Positions 12,499 through 24,431 of a stretch of 64,000 bases of DNA are shown in pieces. The DNA comes from Cirrosporium novae-zelandiae. Its lineage: Eukaryota. The stretch covers positions 372,001-436,000 of the forward strand of contig JAPETS010000019.1 of NCBI GenBank assembly GCA_026023565.1, written 5' to 3'. Every line of letters begins with the position of its first letter. Positions within the stretch are counted from its first letter, which is position 1. The position numbers were made by a program, and so were the translations under genes. The notes beneath the pieces were generated by a model that did not search any database, was not told the DNA's origin, and saw only the letters and a program-made list of their open reading frames with translations.

Positions 12499-14511
12499 TT
12501 ATTCATCGCCACCGACTTCACCAGCGATTTGCTCACCCCTGCTTTCCCATATTCGTCTTATGAGTTCCCTCTCTCTAGCAGCAACGCCGTCGTCTCCTTC
12601 TCCATCCCCTACTAGTATGGGTTCCTCGCTTATGTCACCAATCTCGGCCCCACCGCCACTTCCACTGCTTCCACGGCTTCCACGGCTACCGACTTGAAAA
12701 CTCACGGATTTTCGGCTCCGATAGCTTTTCGCGGTTTGAGGGCGTGCTTTCAGGGAAGGTGTGGTTGGATATTGGGAGAGCGGGGGTTGGCTGCGACGAT
12801 TGTTCTGTTGATGGGCATGGATATCTCCTTCGGCATCACTGCTACCACCACCATCGCTAAGTCCACTGCTAACGACATAACTTCCATTGACTCCCCTCCT
12901 TTCAGGTTCGGATGGGCGATGCTGGACACTTCGACCATTTGATCTGCCTTCACGGTTTTCTGCCGACGCGCTATTTGGTCTGGAAGTTATGCGATGGCGG
13001 CGAATATCAGCAACACCTGGCAATTGCTCGAGCCGTTTCAGCGCGTCTAAAACAGGACTTCTATATCGACAGACCACACGATATTCGTTCGTGACTTCAT
13101 CATATTGCCGAGCCAATCTAACATCGCCTGGCATCACCATTCCGGGAGCAGCAGCGGAGGTAGACATTCCTCCGGAAAGACTTGGAACATGGGAACCCTC
13201 GCGACGAGTCTGGTGTTGATCATAGAGCAGGGCTGAATGGCGGTTTTGCGGGCCAAATATTTGGGTAAAAGGAGGAGGATGTGCTGGCGGGTCCATAATC
13301 GACGATTGGCGCTGGAGGTTGAGTTTCTGCTGAGTACGAGATTCCGGCGTCGGGCCTCCTTTAACGGAGGGAAGAGTAGATGAAGGATCGCGGTGGTGGT
13401 GAGGGAGAAGGATAGCTGATTGAACACGTTTTGAAGGATCTAATTGAGGGAGATTGGTGGGTGTATTTGTTGCATATGTAGGTGGGGTAGAAGGCATGGA
13501 ACGGGTGTTGATAAGTCTGCCTTGTGGATGGTTGGATGAAGTCCCAGGATGAGAAGAAAGATCGTCAGGCCCACCACTGCTGGCGCCATTGAGGAATCGG
13601 GAAATGCCTTCGGAGGAAGCTTGGTCATTATTAAGGGGAGGAGTATGGTTTAGAGGAGGGGAGGCGGTTGCGGAGACGGACGACATCTTGGGGAGAGCTC
13701 GTTGACGCTGGAGTAGACGTGAAGTTATGACGTCGGCGTCTGGCAAATGCGAATGATTTGGAGCTCGTTGCGTAGGAGCTGGTGACTCGGTTGTTTGCCC
13801 TTGAGATTGTAGGTTTTGAAGAGGAGCATGTAAAAGCGATTGGGGATGCTGATTTGAATCTGAGGGCTGCTCTGGCTGTGTCGAGGGGGTCTCTTTACGT
13901 ATATCTTCAGTTGACTGCGCAGCTGAGCTTTTGCGGGTAGTTGCTGGAGACTGCGAAGTGCTCTCTTCAGTCCATTCCTCTTCCATTTCAGGGCTGCCCA
14001 TATCAAAATGTATCTCGTTCTTGTCTTCAGTTCTAATCAACTTCCTTGGACTTGTTAAACCCCGTCGCAATTCGTTTCTAGCTTTGTCCGACTTTGGAAT
14101 CCTAGGAGCTGAAGGGTTTCTTTTTAGAGTAACATCCGAATGGTTCTTCTTCAGCGAAACGTGGGATCCATTGCGAGGTAGTGTAACATGTGAGGTGCTA
14201 TTCCGTTTGACGCTGTGTAAATGCGATTGAGGACTCGTTGCTATTAAATTGGCCTTCGCTCCATCGGCGGCTGCGAGAGTGAGCTTGGAAAGCTTTGAAA
14301 GATTTTTACCGTAAGAGGGATTCCTCGAATGCGGTACCCGACCGTGGCCGACCACATGAGCTCGTGGATGTAATTTATGAGAAGAATGTCGATTAGAGGT
14401 CAAAGGAGGTGAGGTAGATGGCGAGGTGATACGTGGAGCGGATCGTGAGGATGCTGATCTTTTGAGGGCACCAGGGCGTTTCGCTGGTGAAGGTAATTCT
14501 GAGGAAGGCAT
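12499..14511 (-). CDS. Tco89-like protein (putative TORC1 subunit), low complexity
   Basis: Long S/P/R-rich ORF, first ATG at 14511 (MPSSELPSP); ESRTQQKLNLQRQSS and a downstream EYRVVCRYRSPV block resemble the TCO89 domain. Confidence 0.65.
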   Translation of the reverse strand: MPSSELPSPAKRPGALKRSASSRSAPRITSPSTSPPLTSNRHSSHKLHPRAHVVGHGRVPHSRNPSYGKNLSKLSKLTLAAADGAKANLIATSPQSHLHSVKRNSTSHVTLPRNGSHVSLKKNHSDVTLKRNPSAPRIPKSDKARNELRRGLTSPRKLIRTEDKNEIHFDMGSPEMEEEWTEESTSQSPATTRKSSAAQSTEDIRKETPSTQPEQPSDSNQHPQSLLHAPLQNLQSQGQTTESPAPTQRAPNHSHLPDADVITSRLLQRQRALPKMSSVSATASPPLNHTPPLNNDQASSEGISRFLNGASSGGPDDLSSHPGTSSNHPQGRLINTRSMPSTPPTYATNTPTNLPQLDPSKRVQSAILLPHHHRDPSSTLPSVKGGPTPESRTQQKLNLQRQSSIMDPPAHPPPFTQIFGPQNRHSALLYDQHQTRREGSHVPSLSGGMSTSAAAPGMVMPGDVRLARQYDEVTNEYRVVCRYRSPVLDALKRLEQLPGVADIRRHRITSRPNSASAENREGRSNGRSVQHRPSEPERRGVNGSYVVSSGLSDGGGSSDAEGDIHAHQQNNRRSQPPLSQYPTTPSLKARPQTAKSYRSRKSVSFQVGSRGSRGSSGSGGGAEIGDISEEPILVGDGEGDDGVAARERELIRRIWESRGEQIAGEVGGDE

Positions 14512-15444
14512 GGTGGTGGTAGTGTGGGTGTGGTGAGGCGCGCGAGGGCAGCAGGATCTGGGTACTGCATGCGCCAAGTAGCAATTAAAGCGAGGCTGGC
14601 GTATGGGTTGGAAGTGATATAGAAGAAGAAAAGAAGTCCCAATAGAAGGGCCCTGTAGAAGGGCCTGTAGAAGGCCCAATGGAAGCGGGCGAATGGGGAT
14701 GAGTTTTGGGGGGGGGGAGGGGGTTCAGGTTGACTGGTGAGAGATGAAAGGATTTGGGGTTTGATGATTGATTTGGTTGGTTACTTTTGAAGGTGGACAC
14801 GGCGGCATGTCATACAAGCGCTTCCGAGACTGGGATTGAAACTGCAGATGTGGTAATTCCATCAGTCTTGAAGTTTTTGAAATTGAGAGGAGAGGAAGTA
14901 GAAAAAGATTTGAAAATATTTTGATGAGAGTAGACTAATAATAAGTTATAGTCTATGTGTAGATAAGTAGGTAGGTAGTAGTCTAGGTAGGAGGTAGTAG
15001 GTAAGGAAGTATGTAACTTGAACAGTAATTGATTACAGTAATTAATGTATTATTACTTTCGTTACTAATAGTAGGTAAGTTGTTCCATCAATGACACTCA
15101 CACCCACTCACTGCCTTCGGCCTTATTCCGGGGGTTCTCAAAAAAATGAATTATGTATAAATTACCAAGCCCATACACACGATACTGTATAATGATTACT
15201 TGGTACAATACAAGCAGTCGAGAATAATAGCATTTGAGGGTCAGGTAAAGTTATGACATGTGAAAGGTACATGTGTACCTTGTAATCAACAAATCGTCTT
15301 CATTATTACATGTGCTTTCCATCATTGTTGTCATCGTCGTCATCATCTATCAATCTCTCAAAAGAAAGCCGCTTAAACGCGGCCATGCCAATTAATTACC
15401 AAGGCCAAGAATACCTAGGTAACTACAAGTAATTAATTAATTGG

Positions 15445-16072
15445 TCAAGACTTTTCACATCTCCTCATCCCATCTTTAATAATTATAATTCTTCCCCGTC
15501 GGTCGTATTCGAATTCTCTTATAAATGCCCAGGCTTCCCGGCCTTCCTTCCGGAATTCCGGTCCTATTTTTTTTCGGGCGAGCTCAACATCTTCCTCTAC
15601 CACAAGGGCGAGATACTTGTCGCGTTTGGTGAAGATGAAAGGCCTATGGTGTCGTTCCAAGCAAGCTTCCCAGAAAGCATTCTCGATTACCCCGTTTGGT
15701 AATTCCCTGTCCCAATTTTTTTGGATACACAACAGTCTTTCAAAGCATTCATCAATCTGGAAGCTAAATCCATGGGGTGGCATATCGTTATAAGCCAAAA
15801 GCTTCATGTCTCGAAGCATGCCTGCTGTAGTGATGAAGAGAGGTGAGGGGAAACATTCCCGAATCATGACATCTCGGCTATAGCCAGCTGGGATGACTCT
15901 AAAACTTGAGTTAGCCAAGTGTTTTAATGGGATCACCTTGGATTAGGAGTCAACATACAAGGCTGGCTGCCATCCAGCCCTGGTGGTTGGTTAGCATCTT
16001 CTACAAGAGATAGAGCAGGATAATCACATACCTTTGACGACGAGTTGATCGGAACGCTGGATTCGAGCCCAT
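15445..16072 (-). CDS. Orphan protein A (paralog of 47263-48277); exons 16072-16032, 15979-15959, 15898-15445
   Basis: MGSNPAFRSTRRQR-AGWQPAL-VIPAGYSRD... built with two GTATGT..GCTAAC..AG introns, both phase 2; shares a domain with the 47 kb gene. Confidence 0.8.
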
Positions 16073-17151
16073 GTTACTCGAGAACTGTCTTGCAAGGGGG
16101 ATAGGTGGATATATGCAATGGCTGATGAGGTGAAAATAAATAGCTTGACCTGAGAAAGTATTGCAAGTAAAGAAGAGGCCATGGTATGAATTCAGTTGTT
16201 CATTCTTTCAAGTTTTTTTTTCTAAATGGAGATGTGCTGTTAACGTGCATGCCCTTTCCTCCTTCCTTCATACCGTGCTTTCCTTTCCCCGTTGTAACAA
16301 GGGCCAGGTCGAAATAATATCAGAGAAATAGGTCTTATAAATGAAACCAGGCCATATCGTGCACTTCAATTGAATATATATTTAGGGTTCTAGCACCAGC
16401 CTTCTAAGATATAGTATTCTTGTCGTCTAGTCTATACGAGTAAATTTCCAGGTCCCTTCTTTTCATTCCACAGGAACGTTACTTGCATATAATTAGTCTA
16501 TATATATATACACGTAGGTTCCTAAATATTCAAGAAGCCCGAAAATTCACATTGATATTTCTCCCCCTTCCTTAAACTCAGGTTCCAAAATATTTTGCCC
16601 CCCCCTCCCGGCTCAGTTCATTTTTAGAGACCCAGCCATTCAATTTGAGGTCGGAATTGTGTATAATTTATGAATGCCTAAGGCATTCGCCAATTATGCG
16701 ATAAGCATAAGATTAAACTTGAGGACCCAAAAGGCCAAACAAACGGCCGACTGTCTCACTAAACCAACATCCTTCTAATCCTACTGCTTGTTTTTGACCA
16801 GATCCGTGACAACGACTCGCCAGAATTTATCTACCACAAGCCACCAACAGGGGGTAATATAAAATTAGTTTTAGACGGCGGCATGTCCGATTTTTATTTC
16901 ATGAGATATCCTAGTTATTCCTTTCGTGTCTTCCTTGTCTTTCAAGGGTATACCTAGCAATAAAATATCTTGGCCACTAGGATGAAGATATTGAGGCTCC
17001 CAATTCTTCAATCCTCTTGAATCCCTCCGGAGGGAGAGGTATAATGGGCTAATTACTTGCTCTATATATATTCCTAAATCGATCTCTTATAATTTTAATT
17101 CATCTTCGTATTCTTTTCTATTCTTCTAGCCCTTTTTTCCTCTTGTCCAAT

Positions 17152-19476
17152 ATGTCGTCAAACTGGCCGCTGCCAAGCCATCCACAAGACGGTTATCCGA
17201 ATGATATTAGTCTTTCTCTTGTTGACAATATTGACGATGCATCACATCAGTCGTCCACAGAGATGGGGGAGAGGAAGGACAACAATAACACCTCTTCCTC
17301 CTCCTTCGTTGATGCTTACAACATTCCTACTACTACAGAGCCGCCACAGCAGCAGCCATCATGGTCCCACAGACCTCGTCAACTAGGCAAATTCAGTATC
17401 ACTCGAATAGCGATATTGTTGTTTGATATAACCCTTACATTGTCACCTTTCTTTTTCATTGGTGAGATGGGATATATGCTCTTAGAATAATAACATTGTG
17501 GTGGACCTAACTTTTTATTGCTTCCCATTAAGTTATTGCTATTATATCAGCTAGAGAAGATGGACAATCCGCCCCCTCATCGCGGGGAATTGCGATCACG
17601 CGTATTACTCGGTTCATCCCGTCAGCATTTCCTATCGTATTTGCTGCTCTCATGGGTCGGTTCTTCAGGAGCATTGGATTGTACAAAGCGGAACGAGGGG
17701 TGAAACTTGGGGTATGTCAATCTTTTAGGGCTTATTTGCAAAGCGGGATCTTTACTAACTTGGTGTTAGGTTCTGGAGCATTTGATAGGCTGCCAGTCTC
17801 TTTTTTCGGCTCTCGAAAGGCAGATTATGCTACGGAAATTTACCTTCCTGGGTTTCATCATTCTTGTGCCATGGATACTGTCACCCTTGGGTGGCCAGGC
17901 TGGCCTTCGCCTCATCAGCACCGTCCCGGAAAGCTCTGGCTTCAACACAAGCCTCAGATATTTAAGCCCGGTCAACAACAACTATTCGGTGCTTATTGGT
18001 GGCTCACCCGGGGCTCTTTTGGTCGGGGGCACGCAGGCCATTCCGCTCTTTCTGCTATCGTTGATGAGTCCCGATAAAACGTTAGAGTCTCCTATGGATG
18101 TATGGGGAAATATCAAAATCCCCAGGATCGATTCGTTGATGCTGCAGGACACGGCGAACACAGGCAACCCATGGAGAGAGGTTGATCCAGACAACGTCAC
18201 CTACGCTTCGTACATTGGGATTCCCGTTGCCGGTATACCATCAGTAGGAAACTCCAGCTTCACCATAGAATCATTCCACTTCAACGTCAACTGCTTTGGC
18301 AACGAGAAAGCCAGCGGCCTGGATTTCATCCGCCAGAACTACTCGCTCCTCCTCCACAAGGACTCTCTCGCACAATCAAACTCCACGGTGTATCAAAGAC
18401 TCTACAACATCTCCTACGGGGACGGATCCTACTACCCATCAACATTCTTCCTCGACACAACGGGGACCATGAGCCTACACGACCGACTCACATCCTTCGC
18501 GCAGGCCACGTCGCCCAAAAGCCTCGTCTTCGGCTCCGTCGCCACACAATCCTTCGCCATCGACTTCAACTGGACGCTCGCGTCGGACATCACCATGACC
18601 TTCGGCAACTGCTCGATCGGCAAAGCAAACGTAGAATCCAAAGTGCGGTGCCAAAACCACAACTGCCAGGTCACAGCCATGCGCTATGCCGACCACCACT
18701 CGGATCCACCCTCGTACCTCTCAACCATCGACTCCACCGGAAACGTCGCCACCCTCTCCCAATACCTTTCCATAGTCTCCAACCGAATCTCGCTGGAAGC
18801 AAGCCCGATCCTAAGCACCTCCATCGAGCGCTGGCTCTACAGCGCCGGCATAAACGTAAACAGCTACAACGAATTCTTCGTGAACCTGTACGACCTTGCC
18901 CCCGAAGTGCTCGCCACGCGTCTAACCTTGGTCCTAAACACCCTCTGGCAATCCTCCTTCGCAACCGAGTTCCTCGGGGGAGACATCCCGCAAGATCTCA
19001 CCTACTACGACGGACTCACGTACAACGCCAGCAACGGCGGCGGCGCCTACTTCAACCCCACTCCTGCATCCGTCACCACCAGCACGGGCGACATCTACGT
19101 CTGCTCCTGGCCCTGGTTCGCTACCTTGCTCGTCATCTCCATCATCCTCCAGATCTGCTCCGTGCTCTCCCTAGTTTTCAAATATTACACCTTATCCCCG
19201 GATATATTGGGGTATGTATCCTCGTCTCTGAGGGATAATCCGTATGCGCTTCTGCCGGGTCGGGGGGGGGAGGGCAGGGAGGGGAGGGAGGGGGAGTGGG
19301 GATCCGCGATGGATGGGTTCGAGAGAACCAGGGTTGTGGGCGATGTGGTGGTTATGGTAGGGGATGTTAGGGGCAGGGAACAGGTGGGACATGTGGCTGT
19401 AGCGACGGTGGGGGGGAAGACAGGTGGTGGTGACACGGGCGTGATTGCATTGAGGAAGGATAGGTTTTATGATTAA
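17152..19476 (+). CDS. Uncharacterised multi-pass membrane glycoprotein; 3 exons (approx. 17152-17461, 17533-17711, 17771-19476)
   Basis: Hydrophobic segments, WILSPLGGQAGLR and DVWGNIKIP blocks, many N-x-S/T sequons, C-terminal TM followed by PDILGYVSS; GT-AG introns. Confidence 0.85.
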
Positions 19477-20663
19477 TTAGTTTTTTGGGGGGGGGGGTTG
19501 ATTAACTGCTAAGGTAGGTGAGTGAGGGGGGAGGGAAGGGGAGGGGGGGGTGGTTTCCTTTTCATGAGAATTCCCCTCCCCTCCCCTCCCCATCCATTTT
19601 GAACCAAGAAGCGATGGAAACGAAACGAAGAAAAAAAGAAGTAAAGGGGAATCTTTATATTTTTATATATATGTACAAGTACATACATATTCACCTACCC
19701 TACCCTACCCTACCCTACCTTAACCTAACCTTTGGAATTGAAAAAAACCCTTTCTCTCCTCAAAAAAAAAATACCTTTATTTTTTTTCTAAACTTTGAGG
19801 AAGTTAAGTAAATACGTAAATATGTAAGAACCCAATTCTTTATTTATTTATGGCTATTAGATATACAACTATTGTTTTTTTTTCTTTTCTTTTTTTTTTA
19901 TTAGTAGTAGTAGTAGTACTTTAGAAACATAGTTTTCTTTTTTTTTGTTTTTTTCTTTTTCTTCTTTCTTGACCCCCTACAATCTTCTTCTTTTCTTTTA
20001 TATATTACTATTTCTGTTGTAAATAATATCCTAGGAGGTCCACTTAGTAGTAGGCCGACCGTAGAGAAGCCGCATGCGTATCGCGTGTGTACCCTAGGCA
20101 CCCAGACTAGGGCTAGGGCTGACTTACTTAATCCCTTAGTAAGTCTGCACCACAAAAGGGGACGCACCTATACTTAGTAGTCCCTTGAGGAAATACAACT
20201 ACTTGTTACGCACCCGACCATTACTGAATTTATTCACAACATAGACTATAATAAGTTTATTAAGTTTAGCTTTTCGTCTATATGTTTTTTTTTTGGTGTT
20301 GGTAGATAGATAGATTTCATTTTTAATGATTGGTTGATTGATTGATTGATTGATTTGTTAAAGCAAAAGGAGAAAGTAAGGAAGTTAAGAGGATGGATAT
20401 AATTTGATTCAAAGGATGAGGGAGAATGAATGGAATGTGGCTTTGATTAATGTTTTTATTTTGTTGTTGAGCAGTAAAGGTGGCTGTGGCTGTGGCTGTG
20501 GCTGTGGTTTGCCCATGTCGGTTCTACTGTCGTCGAAAGATTTATAGAAAAAAAAAAAAAAGAAAAAAGTAATGAAGTAAAAAAAAGGTAAAAAGTTTCA
20601 AAAGTTCGACAAGATAAAAGTTGAAAATAGCAATGTAGGGATGGAATTGAAAAAAAAAGTAGT

Positions 20664-20917
20664 GAATGTGATCTTCGGGAGGTCTTCCTGTAAAATCGGC
20701 TTAATATTATAACCTGGTGTGTGTGTGTGTGCGTGTGTTTAAGAGCCTTCCCATGGTATAATATAAAAAAATTGTTTACATAAGTAAAAATACAGTCTTA
20801 ATAATAGAACTAAAACAATCATCATGAATATGGTCTTTGGGAGGGTTTTCAAACAAAATCGGTTTAACATTATAACCTGGTATATGTGAGAGTGTGTGTT
20901 TGAAGGCCTTCCTATGG
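20664..20917. repeat. Degenerate direct repeat, ~90 bp units offset by ~163 bp
   Basis: aaaatcggcttaatattataacctggt..gccttcccatggt (20692-20757) vs aaaatcggtttaacattataacctggt..gccttcctatggt (20855-20917), with similar upstream flanks. Confidence 0.8.
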
Positions 20918-21049
20918 TTTGATGGAAAGGTCCGGTCGTTTTCGTTTCTCATCTAGTTACCCAGGTACCTAGTTATCAAAAGTATACTCTTGCCTACTGA
21001 TTATAAGCTAGATAATGCCAGCTATGCCATCGAATAGCTTATCCCCTCC

Positions 21050-24000
21050 TCACTTCTTCACACTCCTATGCCTATACTTCCTCGGATCCTTCCTACTCAT
21101 CTTGACCGGATCCCTCGTCCCCTTTCCACCCTCCCAGAACCCACTCCCGGCCTTTCCTATCAACGTCTTCCTACAAAACGTGCACACCTCAGGATGAAAC
21201 GTCTGTTCCCTCGAACAGAACCCACAGATCATTCTGTTGGCCCACTCGGTTGCATGGTCCTCACTAGCATCATGGCATCGATCGCAGGGAAACACCTTCC
21301 CGCAACACTTGAAGCGGAACCAGCGGTAGCTTTTGGAATAATGGGAGCAGCGACCGCGTTTTTCGAGCTCGGTGCCGGCTACGATGCCGAGGTTTTCGCG
21401 AGGCCTACGACGGCGTGGGGGGAGGGGTTTGAGGGTGGCGGCGGAGACGGCTAGGAATTTGAGGTCGGGAAGGGTGAGGGTGAGTTTTGCGTGGCAGCCA
21501 TGACAGAGGGAGAGGGATGTGTCGCCGCGGACAGACACGATGCCGGGGGATGGCAGGGTGGTGCTGCAGGTAGAGCAGGTAGGGAGGAAAGTGCTTGGGA
21601 GCATGTCTACGACTACAGCTCCGCTCATGTCTATGAAGCCTGCTCTGGTGTTTCCGGGATGCATAAATTCCTTTCTGAATCCGACTGTCATGGTTCCTCC
21701 GCACTTTGCGCATCCCTCTACTCTTTCCTTGGTGTCTGGCTTGATGCCTTTGATGTCAAGGACTGCTTTACATCGCTCACACTTGACTGTCAGGTTGAGG
21801 ACTGATAGCTCGAGCAATTCAATACCATGGAGTTCAAGAGAAGGAAACGAAAGAGATATACCCCGTTCTGGTTGGGAGAGAGGAGCAGTAGATATAGGAA
21901 CTCCTTCGTCAATGTCAGGGGCCTCCGAATCAGAAGTAGAGGATGTAGACTCGGAATCAACATCTTCATCCCCATCTTCTTTGGTCGGAAAAGACCACTC
22001 AGGAGGACGAGGAATCACTTTGATATGTGATCTATCATCTTCCACTCCTTTTCCTTTATCTTCTGACTTGGTGGCTGTCTCTTCCACCCCCTTTCCTTTA
22101 TCGTCTGACTTGGTAGCTGTAGCTTCAGATATTTCCGGTTCCTGAAACCCTCCCGAAATATCAACCCAGTCATGCTCCGCTTCTACTTCATCTACAGCCA
22201 GCTTCCACATCTCTGCCGCCAGCCAGTTAACTTTGGTCATCAACGTCCCTTTTTCGCTTCCCTTCTTTACAAAAGACCGCTCGGTATTCTTGGCCGCATC
22301 TCTGCTCACGCCCAAAATTTCTATGGTGCATGGCTCCAGATCATACAGCTGTGGAACGAACAGTTTGATTGAATTGACATCTTGCAAAGGGACCGGGAGA
22401 TCAGTTTTGCGCTGTGGATTTATAGGAATAATATATATGGTTTTATCGGCAAGAACACTTTTGGAGAACAGCGGGAGACGACCCAAGCGACCTTCAAGTT
22501 GACGGATATCGGATTCACGTTTCTGCAAGGCGGAAGCAAGTTGTTCGGCGGAATACCGAGGGACCGGTATAGAAATCGCCGGTTGGGAAACTTGCTTTTT
22601 CTTGCCCTCGTCTTTCGGGATTGTTCTCGGGACTGTTCTCGGTGCTTCGGGGGCTTTCGATGGCGCCTGATTAACAACAATCTTAAACGTCTCCGCTTTC
22701 TTTCCCATCAACAGTCCCTCCAATTCCCTATCAAGAACCTTCAACCACTCCAACAGTGTCGCTTTAGGTTTCCTCTCAACAATCTCGTCAAACCCACTCT
22801 CAACCTTGATCTGCCATCCCCTCTCCATTGCTTCATTTGTGATCCTTAATGTTGGTCTTGAGTTGTCTCCATCAGAAAAGTCCTTTGGAACCCTCAACAC
22901 ACATTGGAGACCCTCGCCCAACTCAAATGGAAAATCTGGATCTGATGGCGCCAGAACGAAGCGCAATTCTGTCATTCCATCCTGCAGTTCTGTTTCCTTG
23001 GGTGAAAATCGTCGACGCAGTTGGTTCAACTGGAACGTTCGAGGGTCAGAGCGCTGTACACGTGAGACGGGCTTCGAGACAATACGAGAGGGGACTGGTT
23101 GGGCATTGTAGCGACGGCCCTCGAGAGTGGATGCGGAGGCATTAGGGTTGTTGGTCGATAGTTGTGATTGTGCTGTCTGACTAATGGCCTCGGCTGTAGA
23201 CACCTGCGAAGCAGAAGGACGTTGGGATTGTGGAGCTTTAGACCGAGATGTGTCATTCCGTGCGTGAGGGCTAACTTGAAGCTGTGGAGAAGCTGGGGAA
23301 ATGTCGTGAATGAAAGCACATGCGTCTCCGGCTCGACAACCTAGATTCGATTAAACATTGGAGTGAGTTCCTCTTCTCTCAACTTGGAGTAGCATAATGC
23401 AAGCGGAAGAAATCGGGACCAAGGTAACATTGTAGCGGTCATTTCATAACGACCAATCAATACCAATGTAATGTCATTACCGGCCATTACACCGTGGATG
23501 AAGATGGAAATTTTCCAAGTCTTGATGGCTATTCAGATCGACAAGGCGTCGTAGTCAAAGCCATAGAAGGTACTTCGAATCGAGCATCAGAAGAAAAAAA
23601 AGTCATTCGGGCAGGGCGAGTGAAGACTCATGCAAGAGATGCCAAAATAAGCATCAGATGAAAGAAACTTGCATCGACATACCATTCTTGGTCCCAAAGA
23701 AGCTACACTTTCTTCCCTTCAGCTTCCCACCACCAGGCTTACTTCCGCCTGCGGTCGAGGTAAAGTTTACGACTGCATTGCCGCCTCGGCCACTACGATG
23801 TTGATTTCGAGGACGAGATCGACCATGGTTTTGTTGGGCGTTTGGTCCAACGCTTGCCAGCGCAGCAGTCACCGGACCTGCAGATAAAGCTTCGGTAATT
23901 AACGTGCGGTTCACAGAGGATGCATAAAGCAGGTACGTAGTTCAAATCCGACTAGGGCAAGCCGCGTGATCAGGGCGAGCAGAATGCATCTGGATGATGG

Positions 24001-24431
24001 ATTGTGCAGAACCACTATCAAGACGCAGGAGACGCAGTAGTAGGAAAAGCTTGGCGGAAGAGGCGATGGAAGGTTTTGGGGGGGGGGGGGGGTCTTCATT
24101 GTCCAGACCATGTGGTCCTGTACTGGATCATGTTCGGTCGGATGTGGACACTTGTGGAATGGGGGAAAAATAGTATCATTTCGGGTGGTGGGGAAAGAAT
24201 GGTAGGATGAAAACAGTAGAACAAAATGTAAAACAGTCGTAAGAAGATTGCCCGAAAAGAGTAAATGCTGATCTAAGGAAGAGGATAGTGGAGCTTACCT
24301 TGTCGTGGTTGGGATAATGACACTCCCTCGGTCACATCTAACTGGGACCCCGCATGGGTCGGGGAAACGGCAGGAGGATTAGGATCTTGGAGATTCCCCA
24401 GATTGATTGATTGATAGGATTGATGGGACAT
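21050..24431 (-). CDS. CCCH zinc finger + C-terminal CHY zinc finger protein; proposed exons 24431-24299, 23877-23683, 23340-21050
   Basis: C-terminal CSHY..RFKCCGKVFPCDRCHD..H..CGFC..CTFC is a CHY finger; splicing 23683 to 23340 builds C-SFFGTKNG-C-RAGDA-C-AFI-H (C-x8-C-x5-C-x3-H). Exon 1 is phase-compatible but less certain. Confidence 0.88.

Noticed and set aside
14512..14679. 56-aa N-terminal extension of the Tco89-like ORF
   Set aside because: Begins at a non-ATG codon; the first ATG (14511) follows a good CACCACC context.
16032..16182. Signal-peptide-like ORF MASSLLAILSQ.. as the start of orphan A
   Set aside because: Its phase at the 16031 donor leads to stops; the ATG at 16072 splices in frame and matches the paralog's exon structure.
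23341..24298. TPP riboswitch in the long introns
   Set aside because: The conserved TPP aptamer core motifs are not visible and the gene is unrelated to thiamine metabolism.
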